Shown in pieces: positions 49,397 to 58,958 of a DNA stretch of 64,000 nucleotides. Within the stretch, counting starts at the first letter, position 1, and the number at the start of each line of letters is the position of its first letter. Origin of the DNA: Candidatus Bathyarchaeota archaeon (GTDB lineage: Archaea > Thermoproteota > Bathyarchaeia > Bathyarchaeales > Bathycorpusculaceae); contig CAWFFH010000008.1 in the NCBI GenBank assembly GCA_963815095.1, positions 1 to 64,000 of the forward strand, read 5' to 3'. The notes beneath the pieces were generated by a model. The model was not told the DNA's origin. It did not search any database and was given only the letters and a program-made list of their open reading frames with translations. The translations under genes were made by a program, and so were the position numbers.

Positions 49397-50110
49397 ATGA
49401 GCAGAAAATCAGTTGCTATAGATTGTCTAAGCGAGAGTCTATGTCATTATGATGAAAGATGTGCGGTCATAGTTATCGATGTTATTCGTTCAATAACTGT
49501 AGCATCCACGATAGTTGAATCTGGAAGAAGATGTTTTTTTGCTCCTTCGATTGAGGCGGCATTTCTTTTTGCAAAACAGTTTGACAATCCGTTGCTGATT
49601 GGTGAAATGGGCGGGAGCATGCCCTATGGTTTTGACATTAATAATAGTCCGGTGGAAATTGAAAGCCGCAAAGATATTTTGCGACCTGCAATTCTGGTTT
49701 CTTCATCGGGGATACCGCTGCTTTATTCGTTGAGAGATTGCAATTCAGTTTACGTTGCTTGTCTTCGGAATTATAGTGCAACCATCAAGCATCTCGCTGG
49801 ACTTTACAATCGAGTAATAGTTCTTGGTGCCCCAACCCGGGGAGAGTTTCGTGAAGAAGATAAACTGTGTTGCGCACGGATTGCAGCTGGCCTCATCAAA
49901 GCTGGATATGCTTCTGAAGATGAAAAAACCACGGAGATTGTAAATCGTTGGGCAGAAAAGCCAGTTACGGTTTGTGGTGAAGGGAAAAGTGCTGAGTATC
50001 TCCGAAGATCTGGTCAAGCAAAAGACCTTGATTTTATTCTCAGCCACGTGAACGACCTTAACTCGCCACTTAAGATTAAGAACAATGAGATTGTTAAAAC
50101 ACCGGTTTAG
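49397..50110 (+). CDS. comB: 2-phosphosulfolactate phosphatase (ComB family)
   Basis: VIDVIRS.T, GEMGG..GFDINNSP, SSSG, ACLRN, EDKLC; start ATG49397. Confidence 0.85.
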   Translation: MSRKSVAIDCLSESLCHYDERCAVIVIDVIRSITVASTIVESGRRCFFAPSIEAAFLFAKQFDNPLLIGEMGGSMPYGFDINNSPVEIESRKDILRPAILVSSSGIPLLYSLRDCNSVYVACLRNYSATIKHLAGLYNRVIVLGAPTRGEFREEDKLCCARIAAGLIKAGYASEDEKTTEIVNRWAEKPVTVCGEGKSAEYLRRSGQAKDLDFILSHVNDLNSPLKIKNNEIVKTPV

Positions 50111-51365
50111 TCGCGGAGTGGAAAAGACGGTTAAACGTGAAAAGGTTACTGCAGAAGATACGAGCGTTCCAGTTGTCGTATTGTACACTTACCACTATGG
50201 TCAATTAGGCGTCTTGCGTAGTTTTGGAAGGCTCGGCATTGTAGTTCATGGTGTTGATCCAAATCCGCGGTCTCCCGGTCTGTTTTCCAGATATTGTCAG
50301 AAAAAATTCTTGTTTGATATAGACGCTGCACCCTCCCGCGCTTCTGTTCAATACTTATTAGATGTTGCCAAGAAAATTGGAAAACGTTCACTTCTGATTC
50401 ACACAACCGATAGTGGTGCAGGGTGGCTTGCAGACAACGCTGAAGCTTTGAGTGAAGGATACATTTTTCCGAAGCTATCTTCTCAGCTTGTTTTAGCTCT
50501 TGCCAACAAAAAAGAGATGTATTTTCTTGCCAAAAAGTATGGTGTTCCAACTCCCGAGGCGTGCTTTCCACTTTCGCTAAGCGATGTTGAAGAATACGTG
50601 AAGGATGCAGTTTTTCCGGTAGTTTTAAAGGAGCTTTATCGTGGAGGGTCACCCCGAGTTGGAAAAAGAATGTTCGTGGCAAAAACGAAAGCTGAACTTC
50701 TCAAGTTTTATAGCCAATGCGAAGATTCTTCGAACCCAAATTTTATGTTACAAGAGTATATTCCAGGTGGGGATGATTCGATTTGGATGTTTAACGGTTA
50801 TTTCGATGAAAAATCGGATTGCCTTTTTGGAATGACTGGACGAAAAATTCGTCAATCTCCCATTCATACTGGTGTGACCTCGCTTGGTGTTTGTTTGAAA
50901 AACCCATTAGTTGATGAAATGACGAGGCGCTTTATGAAAAGTATTGGTTACAAGGGGATTCTTGACATCGGATACAGGTACGATTTGAGAGATGGAAAGT
51001 ACAAGGTTCTCGATATTAATCCTCGTATAGGTTCAACTTTTCGGCTCTTTGTAGGCGCTAATGGGTTAGATGTTGCCCGCGCCCAATATTTAGATCTCAC
51101 TGGTCAATCAGTTCCTTCAAGTGAGCTTATTGAGGGGCGAAAATGGTTTGTTGAAGACAGAGATTCTGTTTCGAGTTTTCGGTATCACTATGAAAAAAGT
51201 CTAACCTTTAAACACTGGTTAGCATCATTTCGTGGCGTCCAAGAGAGTGCTTGGTTTGCTTGGGATGATCTTTTGCCGTTTTTCATGATGTGCGCCAAGT
51301 CTTCAAGAAAAGTGCTTTCTAAAGCAGACAATAATGCGTTAAATCCGTACAAACTTACTCCTTAA
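50085..51365 (+). CDS. ATP-grasp carboxylate-amine ligase (D-aspartate ligase-like)
   Basis: LRSFGRLG, SRYC, NKKEMY, FPVVLK, LQEYIPG, KIRQ.P, YKVLDINPR. Confidence 0.85.
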   Translation: MRLLKHRFSRGVEKTVKREKVTAEDTSVPVVVLYTYHYGQLGVLRSFGRLGIVVHGVDPNPRSPGLFSRYCQKKFLFDIDAAPSRASVQYLLDVAKKIGKRSLLIHTTDSGAGWLADNAEALSEGYIFPKLSSQLVLALANKKEMYFLAKKYGVPTPEACFPLSLSDVEEYVKDAVFPVVLKELYRGGSPRVGKRMFVAKTKAELLKFYSQCEDSSNPNFMLQEYIPGGDDSIWMFNGYFDEKSDCLFGMTGRKIRQSPIHTGVTSLGVCLKNPLVDEMTRRFMKSIGYKGILDIGYRYDLRDGKYKVLDINPRIGSTFRLFVGANGLDVARAQYLDLTGQSVPSSELIEGRKWFVEDRDSVSSFRYHYEKSLTFKHWLASFRGVQESAWFAWDDLLPFFMMCAKSSRKVLSKADNNALNPYKLTP

Positions 51366-51502
51366 ACTCTAAGGAAAACTCGCGAATCCTTTCTAAATGC
51401 TATAATTTAAGTTCTCTGTTTTCCTAATCTCTTCTTCTTATCAATTAAAGAACAAAAGTTATAATCCTCAACTAAGAATAATCTTTAACTTCAATTTATC
51501 TG

Positions 51503-52132
51503 GTGATTAAAATGGTATTTGCAAAAAAAGTTGTGTTGGCGGTGGGAGCCCATCCTGATGATATTGAATTAGGGTCTGGCGGGACAATCTATAAAGCGGT
51601 GCAAGCAGGGGCGCATGTTATTGCTTTGTATATGACAAGGGGCGGAAAAATCACTGACACTAATGTAAGAATGAGAGAAAGCACTGAGGCCATGAACGTT
51701 TTGGGCGTTAATGAAGTCTTTTTTGAGAATTTCCCTGACACGGAGATTCCAGATTCATTTGAAGCCATAAACTGTTTAGAACAATACGCCCTCAAATACC
51801 AACCCGATATCGTGCTAACACACTCAATTAACGATATACATCAAGATCACCGAAGAGTAGCTTGGCTTGCAATGTCTTCATTTAGGAACATACCGAAAGT
51901 TCTTGCTTTTGAAACCCCTAGAGTAAGACCTGCGGCTTTCTTGCCTACTTACTTTGTAAATATAACGGGCAGTGTTGACAAGAAATGGGAAGCCCTGCGA
52001 TGCCATGTTTCTCAAAACGAGAAAAGATATCTAGCATACGAATCCACAGTTAATCTTGCTTCTTTTAGAGGGAGCCAGGTTGGTATTGCTGCGGCAGAAG
52101 CCTTTGAAATTGTAAAATATGTAGAAGGCTAA
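51503..52132 (+). CDS. PIG-L/LmbE family N-deacetylase
   Basis: GAHPDDIELG.GG, R..E, D.HQDH, AEAF. Confidence 0.9.
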   Translation: MIKMVFAKKVVLAVGAHPDDIELGSGGTIYKAVQAGAHVIALYMTRGGKITDTNVRMRESTEAMNVLGVNEVFFENFPDTEIPDSFEAINCLEQYALKYQPDIVLTHSINDIHQDHRRVAWLAMSSFRNIPKVLAFETPRVRPAAFLPTYFVNITGSVDKKWEALRCHVSQNEKRYLAYESTVNLASFRGSQVGIAAAEAFEIVKYVEG

Positions 52133-52302
52133 ATAACATAGAAGACTATCGTAATGATGATTTTTTAATTCTCAATACAGAAGGTATTTCTTTCTTCTTG
52201 ACAATTTTCTATAGGTTTCATACTACCCTCTTGAGATGCCTTGCATAGAAAAAAAATGATGATTGGCGGAAAATTAATCTCTGAGTGTGGATCTCTTTAC
52301 GC

Positions 52303-52325
52303 ATCTGCTCCTGTCAGGGAGGGAT
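52303..52325 (+). repeat. 23-nt hairpin element, copy 2
   Basis: ATCT-G-CTCC-TGTCAG-GGAG-GGAT. Confidence 0.45.
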
Positions 52326-52471
52326 TTCAGAGAGATGAGCTCGGATTCCAGAGTTATATTTAGGGATTCGGGATCTTCAGTTTTTATATACATTGATCAT
52401 GATTTGATTAAGATGGCTAATTTGTTATTTGGTGTTGGTTTTCTTTAAATTAACTGATTGAGGTCTCATGT

Positions 52472-53467
52472 TTGCAAACGAATAAGTTGAAAGTGGCAGT
52501 GGTTGGAGTAGGTAAGATGGGCTTAGTGCATGCTAGTATTTTTAACACTCTGCCCAATGTTGAACTTGTTGCATTATGTGATAAGAGTACTTTGATACGT
52601 AAATTCTGTAGTAAACTATTGTCTGGAGTTCATATAGTGGATGATATAACGAAAATATCTGACTTAGACATTGACATAGTTTGTGTAACTACCCCCATTC
52701 CTTCTCATTACTCAATTATCAACAGCTTCTGTTCCACCAAAAAGGCACCAAATATGTTTGTTGAGAAAACCCTTTCTTCTTCCTATTCAGATTCTGCAAA
52801 ACTGTGCGAATTGGTTCGGAATTCAGTAAGCGTTAACATGGTTGGTTATATGAAGAGGTTCGCCGTTACGTTCATAAAAGCTAAAGAACTGTTAGAACAA
52901 GGTGCTATAGGATCTACGTATTCTTTCGAAGCACATGCTTATTCATCAGATTTTTTTGGCCTAAAAAATAATCCTTCACATGTGACGTCGAGCCGGGGAG
53001 GCGTTCTTAGTGATTTGGGTTCACATGTTATTGATCTTAGTTTATGGTTTTTCGGAGATTTACAGGTTCAAACCGACCAGATCGATGCAAATGATATTCA
53101 AAACGCAGTAAAGTTTAAAGTCGCAAGCGGTGCCTCTGTTGATGGAATTTTTGATGTATCTTGGTGCAAGGAAGGTTATCATGTGCCAGAATTTGGGTTA
53201 TTAATCACCGGTTCTAAGGGTAAAATAGAGGTCGATGATGATGTAGTTGAGTTGTCGCCCGCTTCAGGACAATCAATCCGTTGGCATAGACATGACCTTA
53301 ATGATAATGTAGGTTTCTTACTCGGTGCTCCGGAATATTTCCGAGAAGATGATTATTTTGTTAAATCAATTTTGAATGGCGCTACTGCTGAACCTAGTTT
53401 TGCTACCGCTTCAAAAGTTGATTATGTAATCGAAAAGGTATTTGATGGAGCTAAAAAAAATGAGTAG
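52472..53467 (+). CDS. Gfo/Idh/MocA family oxidoreductase
   Basis: VVGVGKMG, VTTP..H, VEKT, VGYMKRF, GGVLSDLGSHVID. Confidence 0.88.
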   Translation: MQTNKLKVAVVGVGKMGLVHASIFNTLPNVELVALCDKSTLIRKFCSKLLSGVHIVDDITKISDLDIDIVCVTTPIPSHYSIINSFCSTKKAPNMFVEKTLSSSYSDSAKLCELVRNSVSVNMVGYMKRFAVTFIKAKELLEQGAIGSTYSFEAHAYSSDFFGLKNNPSHVTSSRGGVLSDLGSHVIDLSLWFFGDLQVQTDQIDANDIQNAVKFKVASGASVDGIFDVSWCKEGYHVPEFGLLITGSKGKIEVDDDVVELSPASGQSIRWHRHDLNDNVGFLLGAPEYFREDDYFVKSILNGATAEPSFATASKVDYVIEKVFDGAKKNE

Positions 53468-54353
53468 GAAACAACCGATTTTGCTGGTCGGGGACAATCC
53501 ATTTCATGGTATTAGCCATCTTTCTCAACAAAATGTTAAAAATAGAGGAACTGACGTTACCAGGGCAAAATACGCTTCTGACATTGTTAAAACCTCAATC
53601 GAAAATGGCGCCAATGGATTCATGTTTTCAGTAAGCGAAACAACTCTCTCAATACTAAATATGCTCCCTGAAAAGGAGCCGAAAAAACGGCTGCATCTTT
53701 ATGCACTTGTCCCTTATGCTTACGAATATGTTAGACTGGCCACTCATGAAGGGGGTCTTCCAGGATTGGCAAAGCGCTTTGCTAAAGAGGTATTGCGATC
53801 GGGAAATTTGAAAACTGTTGGTGTTGGATTAAAGGGTGTCTTGACGTCTGATCCAATTGATGTTATGAAAGCCTATCTTTCATATGAAATTATTAGAGTT
53901 AAAGCTTCTGCAAAGAATCGAGGTGTTTTGCGTTCTGTTTTGCTTCACGAAGTAATTACTGATATGGCTATAGCTCTCAATCTTGAAAGCTTGGTTAAGT
54001 CCTACATTAAGTTTATGAATGACCATGGAATAGAACCTGGATTTGAGACGCGCAATTTTTCCTATCTTGTGAAGAAGTTTAAAGAATGGGATATAGATTT
54101 TAAGGGAATAGTTCTGGCAGCTCCGTTTAACAAAATAGGTTTCTACATGAACCCTTCTAAGGATGAGTGTGAAAAGTCGCTTGCCGATGTTTCTGGGGGC
54201 ACTGTGATTATGATGAGTATTCTGGCGGCAGGTTACTTGAAACCCAAAGAGGCTATAGATTACGTTCTTGGGCTTCCAAATGCTAATGCAGTTGTTGTAG
54301 GCGTATCTAATGAGAAGCAGGCGCGTGAAACATTCAGTCTTCTTGGAACCTGA
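53442..54353 (+). CDS. Conserved hypothetical protein, probable TIM barrel
   Basis: LLVGDNPFHGISH, PFNKIGFYMNP, MSILAAG, VVVGVS. Confidence 0.6.
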   Translation: MMELKKMSRKQPILLVGDNPFHGISHLSQQNVKNRGTDVTRAKYASDIVKTSIENGANGFMFSVSETTLSILNMLPEKEPKKRLHLYALVPYAYEYVRLATHEGGLPGLAKRFAKEVLRSGNLKTVGVGLKGVLTSDPIDVMKAYLSYEIIRVKASAKNRGVLRSVLLHEVITDMAIALNLESLVKSYIKFMNDHGIEPGFETRNFSYLVKKFKEWDIDFKGIVLAAPFNKIGFYMNPSKDECEKSLADVSGGTVIMMSILAAGYLKPKEAIDYVLGLPNANAVVVGVSNEKQARETFSLLGT

Positions 54354-54442
54354 ACAGAAATAGTTTCAAGGTCTCATTTGCTTAGAAATAATTTTACCAT
54401 AAAAGAAGAACAATTAACTTTACTAACATGTGATTTTTTCAA

Positions 54443-55669
54443 ATGACCTCTATTACTCTTTGCATGCTTGCTCCAGAATTTATTCCTGTCTGGGGCGGAA
54501 CAGGATCATATACTGTTGAATTGGTTAAGTCTCTCCCAAGCACTATGGATATTCATGTAGTTACACTGAAGCGTGACGTAGGTCTCTCCGCAAGAAACTC
54601 TTCTATCGATAATAATGTAGATGCAATAGTGAAAAGGTCTCTCAAAGTCCATTATTTGACCAAGTCTAGTGAGACATTTTTCTATAATCTTCCTTTTCAA
54701 CTTGCTTGTACCGCAAAAATTCCGGTACTTCACAAGAAGTTCGGCTTTGACATTATGCATTCGCATATGTGTCAGATGCCTGATGTATATTTAAAACTGC
54801 TAAATCAGCTGAAAATTCCGACTGTTGTTACTATTCATGGAACGATTCAAATGCTAAGAGATCATGCGATAATTGCACGCGATTTGTTTCATGATTTGGA
54901 ATCTGGTGAGAAATCTATTCTGCGTTTCTATCCAGTAATTAGTCAACTACAACAATTATACGTAAAAAGGGTATCCCGGTTTATTGCAGTTTCCAAAAAA
55001 ACTAAGGAGTTAGCTGTGGAACATTTTGGCGTTGACCCGAGCAAAATTAGTTTAGTATACAATGGTGTTGATGTTAATCTATTTCGAATGCCTGATGAAT
55101 CTGAACTTCTCAACAGGTATTCAAGCCCAAAAATTGTATACGTTGGGCGAATCATTTCCAAAAAAGGTATAGATATCCTCATCAAAGCGATGCCTGAGAC
55201 TTTGAAATCTTTTCCACATGCCTGTTTTGTATTTGTTGGAGGCGGTAACATTTCCCTCTACAAAGAAATGATAAAAAATAAAGGCATATCTGAGAAAAAC
55301 TATCTGTTTACAGGTCATATGGGTTATCTCGAACGAGCAAAAATATTCCGTGAAGCAACAGTATTTGTAAATCCTTCTTTTTTTGAGAACTGTTCCATTA
55401 GCATTCTTGAAGCAATGAGCAGCGGTTGTGCAGTCGTAGCAAGTAATGTAGGTGGCAATCCAGAGCTTATCCAATCTGGAAAGAATGGTTTATTGGTACG
55501 TGCATTTGATGATAAAGAGTTTGCAAGAGCGATAATTTCACTTCTAAAAGATGAGCATCTGAATAGAATAATTGGAGAGGAAGCAAGAAAAACCGTCGAA
55601 AGATCTTTTTCATCAACAAAATGTGCAAAAGACACATATGAAGTCTATAGACAAACCCTTGATTCATGA
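54443..55669 (+). CDS. GT4 glycosyltransferase
   Basis: PEF.P.WGG, NGVD, GRI..KKG, ENCSISILEAM. Confidence 0.9.
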   Translation: MTSITLCMLAPEFIPVWGGTGSYTVELVKSLPSTMDIHVVTLKRDVGLSARNSSIDNNVDAIVKRSLKVHYLTKSSETFFYNLPFQLACTAKIPVLHKKFGFDIMHSHMCQMPDVYLKLLNQLKIPTVVTIHGTIQMLRDHAIIARDLFHDLESGEKSILRFYPVISQLQQLYVKRVSRFIAVSKKTKELAVEHFGVDPSKISLVYNGVDVNLFRMPDESELLNRYSSPKIVYVGRIISKKGIDILIKAMPETLKSFPHACFVFVGGGNISLYKEMIKNKGISEKNYLFTGHMGYLERAKIFREATVFVNPSFFENCSISILEAMSSGCAVVASNVGGNPELIQSGKNGLLVRAFDDKEFARAIISLLKDEHLNRIIGEEARKTVERSFSSTKCAKDTYEVYRQTLDS

Positions 55670-55757
55670 TTTAAAAGTAATACAATAGAAATACTTTCGA
55701 AATTTGTCAATTTTGTAACAAAAACTCCGTAACATCCTGTAATTAGAATCCAATTAT

Positions 55758-56771
55758 GTGAGTAAATTAGTTATGGCTGAAAACAATAGCAATTCTCTTG
55801 AAACTCCAGCCATAAGCGTCATTGTGGCAACGAGGGGCGACAAGTTAGATTTCTTGAAAAACTGTCTTTTGTCACTTAAAAATCAGAAGTTCAGAAACTT
55901 TGAAATTATTGTAGTTTCAAAAAGGTTTCCAAAAGAACTAGAAGATTTGTTTGAAACCGAGAATATCAGATTTATTGAGGAAAAAGGATCGACATTAGGC
56001 GCCGCCAGAAATTTAGGGGTTATAAACGCTAAAGGCGAACTGGTTTCATTCATTGATGATGATGCAGAAGCCTCGGTTGACTGGCTTGGAAAAATATCTA
56101 AAACTTTTTCATCTTTCCCTTCATTGACTTCCTTAGGCGGACCACACTTTACACTCCAAGAAAAAACCAAAAAAAGTCCTTTAAATTATTTTGAAGGTTT
56201 GTTTTTTGAAGGTAATTCCCAAGTAACATATTTTGATAAATCAGCAATTGGGAAGATAGCTGGCTGCAATGTGACGTACAAGAAGTCTGTCTTTCTAGAA
56301 ACGGGCTGTTTGAACGAGCAATTGCGAACTTGTGAAGATTGGGATTTTAATAGACGGCTAGTTGAAAAAGGATACAGTTTACGTTATGATCCAGAAATTT
56401 GGGTTTTGCATCGTAGACAGGGCCTAAAGCATGCCTTCCAAGGCAGTTCAAGAAGTGCGCCGTTTTTCTTGTCAAGGAAGACTCTTAAACTTGCAAGATA
56501 CGAATCAATGATTGCCTACTTCTATGTAACGAATTTTCTTTTTATTTTGCTTCTTGTTATTCTGATCATTTCGCCATTGTTTTTTGTCTTGTTTTTCCTT
56601 ACAATTTTAGGTGGATATATAATATTTAATGCAGTGAGAACACATACTTATAACCGTAAAATTTTGTATTTTCCGTTAGTAATTTTATTTACAGGCGCGA
56701 GAATATTAGGTTTCTATTTTGGCTTGATCAAGTATGTGGCCTCAAAATTGCGTACTTCTTTTAAGCGATGA
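55758..56771 (+). CDS. GT2 glycosyltransferase with C-terminal TM helices
   Basis: ARNLG, FIDDDA, GCN, CEDWD. Confidence 0.88.
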   Translation: MSKLVMAENNSNSLETPAISVIVATRGDKLDFLKNCLLSLKNQKFRNFEIIVVSKRFPKELEDLFETENIRFIEEKGSTLGAARNLGVINAKGELVSFIDDDAEASVDWLGKISKTFSSFPSLTSLGGPHFTLQEKTKKSPLNYFEGLFFEGNSQVTYFDKSAIGKIAGCNVTYKKSVFLETGCLNEQLRTCEDWDFNRRLVEKGYSLRYDPEIWVLHRRQGLKHAFQGSSRSAPFFLSRKTLKLARYESMIAYFYVTNFLFILLLVILIISPLFFVLFFLTILGGYIIFNAVRTHTYNRKILYFPLVILFTGARILGFYFGLIKYVASKLRTSFKR

Positions 56772-56887
56772 TCTTCCCACAAATAAAATTTTTCTTCAAA
56801 TCGATAGTAAAAATTTCCAAGAGTTCTATTAATTAAAGAAATCCGACCAACGTTAATTTCTCCTTAAACTACATTAGTTGATCTCAC

Positions 56888-58015
56888 ATGCACGTTTGTA
56901 TGATTTCACGAGAATTTCCTCCTGTGACAGGTGGAATAGGCTATTTTGTTTATAATCTCTCAAAAGGGCTAGTCAAAAGGGGTCATAACGTTTCGATTAT
57001 TACTCGTGGATCTACTGGTAAAGTCGAGAAAAAATTGATAGACGGAATTAATGTATATAAAGCTACTTTCTTTCCGTTATATCCTTTTCATATGGCGTTG
57101 CATGGGTTCTTTGTTAATTCTCTTCTTAATTCTTTAAGTCCTGAGGTAAGCTTAGTTCATTTACACTCACCTTTAACTCCAAAAGTTAAGACTTCTTTAC
57201 CGGTAGTTATGACTGTTCATACCGCTATGAGGATTGACTCGAGGTATCATGAGGTAGTAGATCCTTACTCATTGGCGGAAAAAGTGCAATCGATGTATTT
57301 TTCGCCCCTTCTTGAATCTCAACTGTTAAGAATTTCAGATATAGTGACTGCTGTTTCTCCTTCCGTTGCTAATGAATTGACCGAATACGGAATAGATTCC
57401 AGTAAAGTTAAAGTAATGTGGAATGGTGTTAATGAAAAATCTTTTCCAACCAATAAAAATGAGAAATTGGAAAAATATGTATTGTACACTGGTGTATTGC
57501 GTGCTCGAAAAGGGCTTTTTGATTTAATTAAATGTGCAATCATAGTAAGTAAAATAATACCTGATGCAAAATTTGTTATTTGTGGTACCGGTCCTCTTCT
57601 TCAAAAGTTAAAGGAACAAGTTAAGAGCGCTGGGCTTGAACAGAAAGTAGTTTTCTTAGGTCGCGTAGATAGAAAGAAACTCATTAAAATATATCAAGGT
57701 GCTACGATATATGTTGTGTCTTCTATTTATGAAGGTCTTCCAACAGTTATTCTAGAAGCGATGGCTTGCGGTTTACCAGTTGTAGCCACTGATATAGGAG
57801 GCAATCGCGACTTGATTTCTTCTAATGTAAATGGGCTATTAGTTCCCCCCAGATCTCCTGAGATAATGGCACAAATGATAATGGAATTGTGGAATGATGA
57901 AAAATTGAGGAAGAAACTCGGCGATTGTGCTAGGAAAACTATTATGAAAAAGTACACATGGGATATGATAACTGACAATTTCATAAACGTTTACGAGTCC
58001 CTTCTCAAAAAATGA
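56888..58015 (+). CDS. GT4 glycosyltransferase
   Basis: EFPP..GG, NGV, RKG, EGLPTVILEAMACG. Confidence 0.9.
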   Translation: MHVCMISREFPPVTGGIGYFVYNLSKGLVKRGHNVSIITRGSTGKVEKKLIDGINVYKATFFPLYPFHMALHGFFVNSLLNSLSPEVSLVHLHSPLTPKVKTSLPVVMTVHTAMRIDSRYHEVVDPYSLAEKVQSMYFSPLLESQLLRISDIVTAVSPSVANELTEYGIDSSKVKVMWNGVNEKSFPTNKNEKLEKYVLYTGVLRARKGLFDLIKCAIIVSKIIPDAKFVICGTGPLLQKLKEQVKSAGLEQKVVFLGRVDRKKLIKIYQGATIYVVSSIYEGLPTVILEAMACGLPVVATDIGGNRDLISSNVNGLLVPPRSPEIMAQMIMELWNDEKLRKKLGDCARKTIMKKYTWDMITDNFINVYESLLKK

Positions 58016-58109
58016 ACTCTTATTGATTCCAAATGCATTATAAAATAAGACCTCACAGTAAAATGTTGAAATTTAGGATTCTTTTTTATATTTTGGTTGT
58101 GAAAATAGA

Positions 58110-58720
58110 ATGATTAAATCCAAAGAAGATTACGCATTCTATTTTGGCCCAGATCGACTTGCTCTAACTATAAAGCATAAGCGTCCACGGATATTTCAAG
58201 ATGAAATTTGGAAATTTGAACGTTTACTTCGAAAAGTCGAATATTTAGAAAACTGTGGAAATAATCGTTTAGATGCGATTATTCGTTTGCAGGCAAAATA
58301 TAGCCTTCAAAAGTTAAGTACACAATTTGGGTTTGCGATACCACGTAACGTGTTTGGGCCGGGCTGCAATTGCGCATGGAGGTCCCATAATAGTGCATTC
58401 AAAAGCCTTGGTAGGTGAAAATTGCAGGATTGATCGGTGCGTTTCTAGGTAGTATTCATTACCCTGCAGCTGCCCCCCAGATTGGTGATAATGTGTTTAT
58501 TGGACCCGGTGCGGTTATAGATGGTGATATTGAAATTGCAGCTGGAATAGCAATTGGAGCAAATTCGTATGTTAATAAATCTTTTAGAGAACCCGATATT
58601 ACAATTGCAGGTTGTCCAGCACGCAAGATATCCGATAAAGGTTCGCGCGAATGTTGGTTTCGATCTACTGAAATTTTGCGAAAGTTACGTTCAGAAGGTC
58701 AAATTAATAAGTTTAAATAA
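58110..58720 (+). pseudogene. Serine O-acetyltransferase-like hexapeptide acyltransferase, frameshifted
   Basis: GFAIPRNVFGPG / AIAHGGPIIVH..VGENCRI / APQIGDNVFIGPGA..IGANSYVNKSF..IAGCPA across three frames. Confidence 0.75.
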
Positions 58721-58958
58721 TTGCTTTGTTCGTAAAAGATTTGATGTATCTTTGCCCAGGTAAACATCAAATAATAATTGCAGATATCTAAAAACTATTA
58801 AATCAACTGTAAATTTATGTAATACATTATGTTGTCCCTCATTGAGAATGTTGGCGATTTTGTCCGCTTTTGAATTTTTGTTTAACAAAAAGAAACTAGT
58901 TACTATTAATACATATCGTTTATATTGAGGGTTAAGATATGAGATGCAAGTGTGTTGA

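Noticed and set aside
48538-50110. comA/comB as evidence of coenzyme M synthesis or methanogenesis
   Set aside because: No comC, comDE or mcr in the window; ComA/ComB also occur in non-methanogens; context is glycan biosynthesis
52279-52353. Longer imperfect hairpin as a stand-alone ncRNA gene
   Set aside because: Outer pairing is weak and no C/D or H/ACA boxes were recognised; only the inner 23-nt element is supported by a second copy
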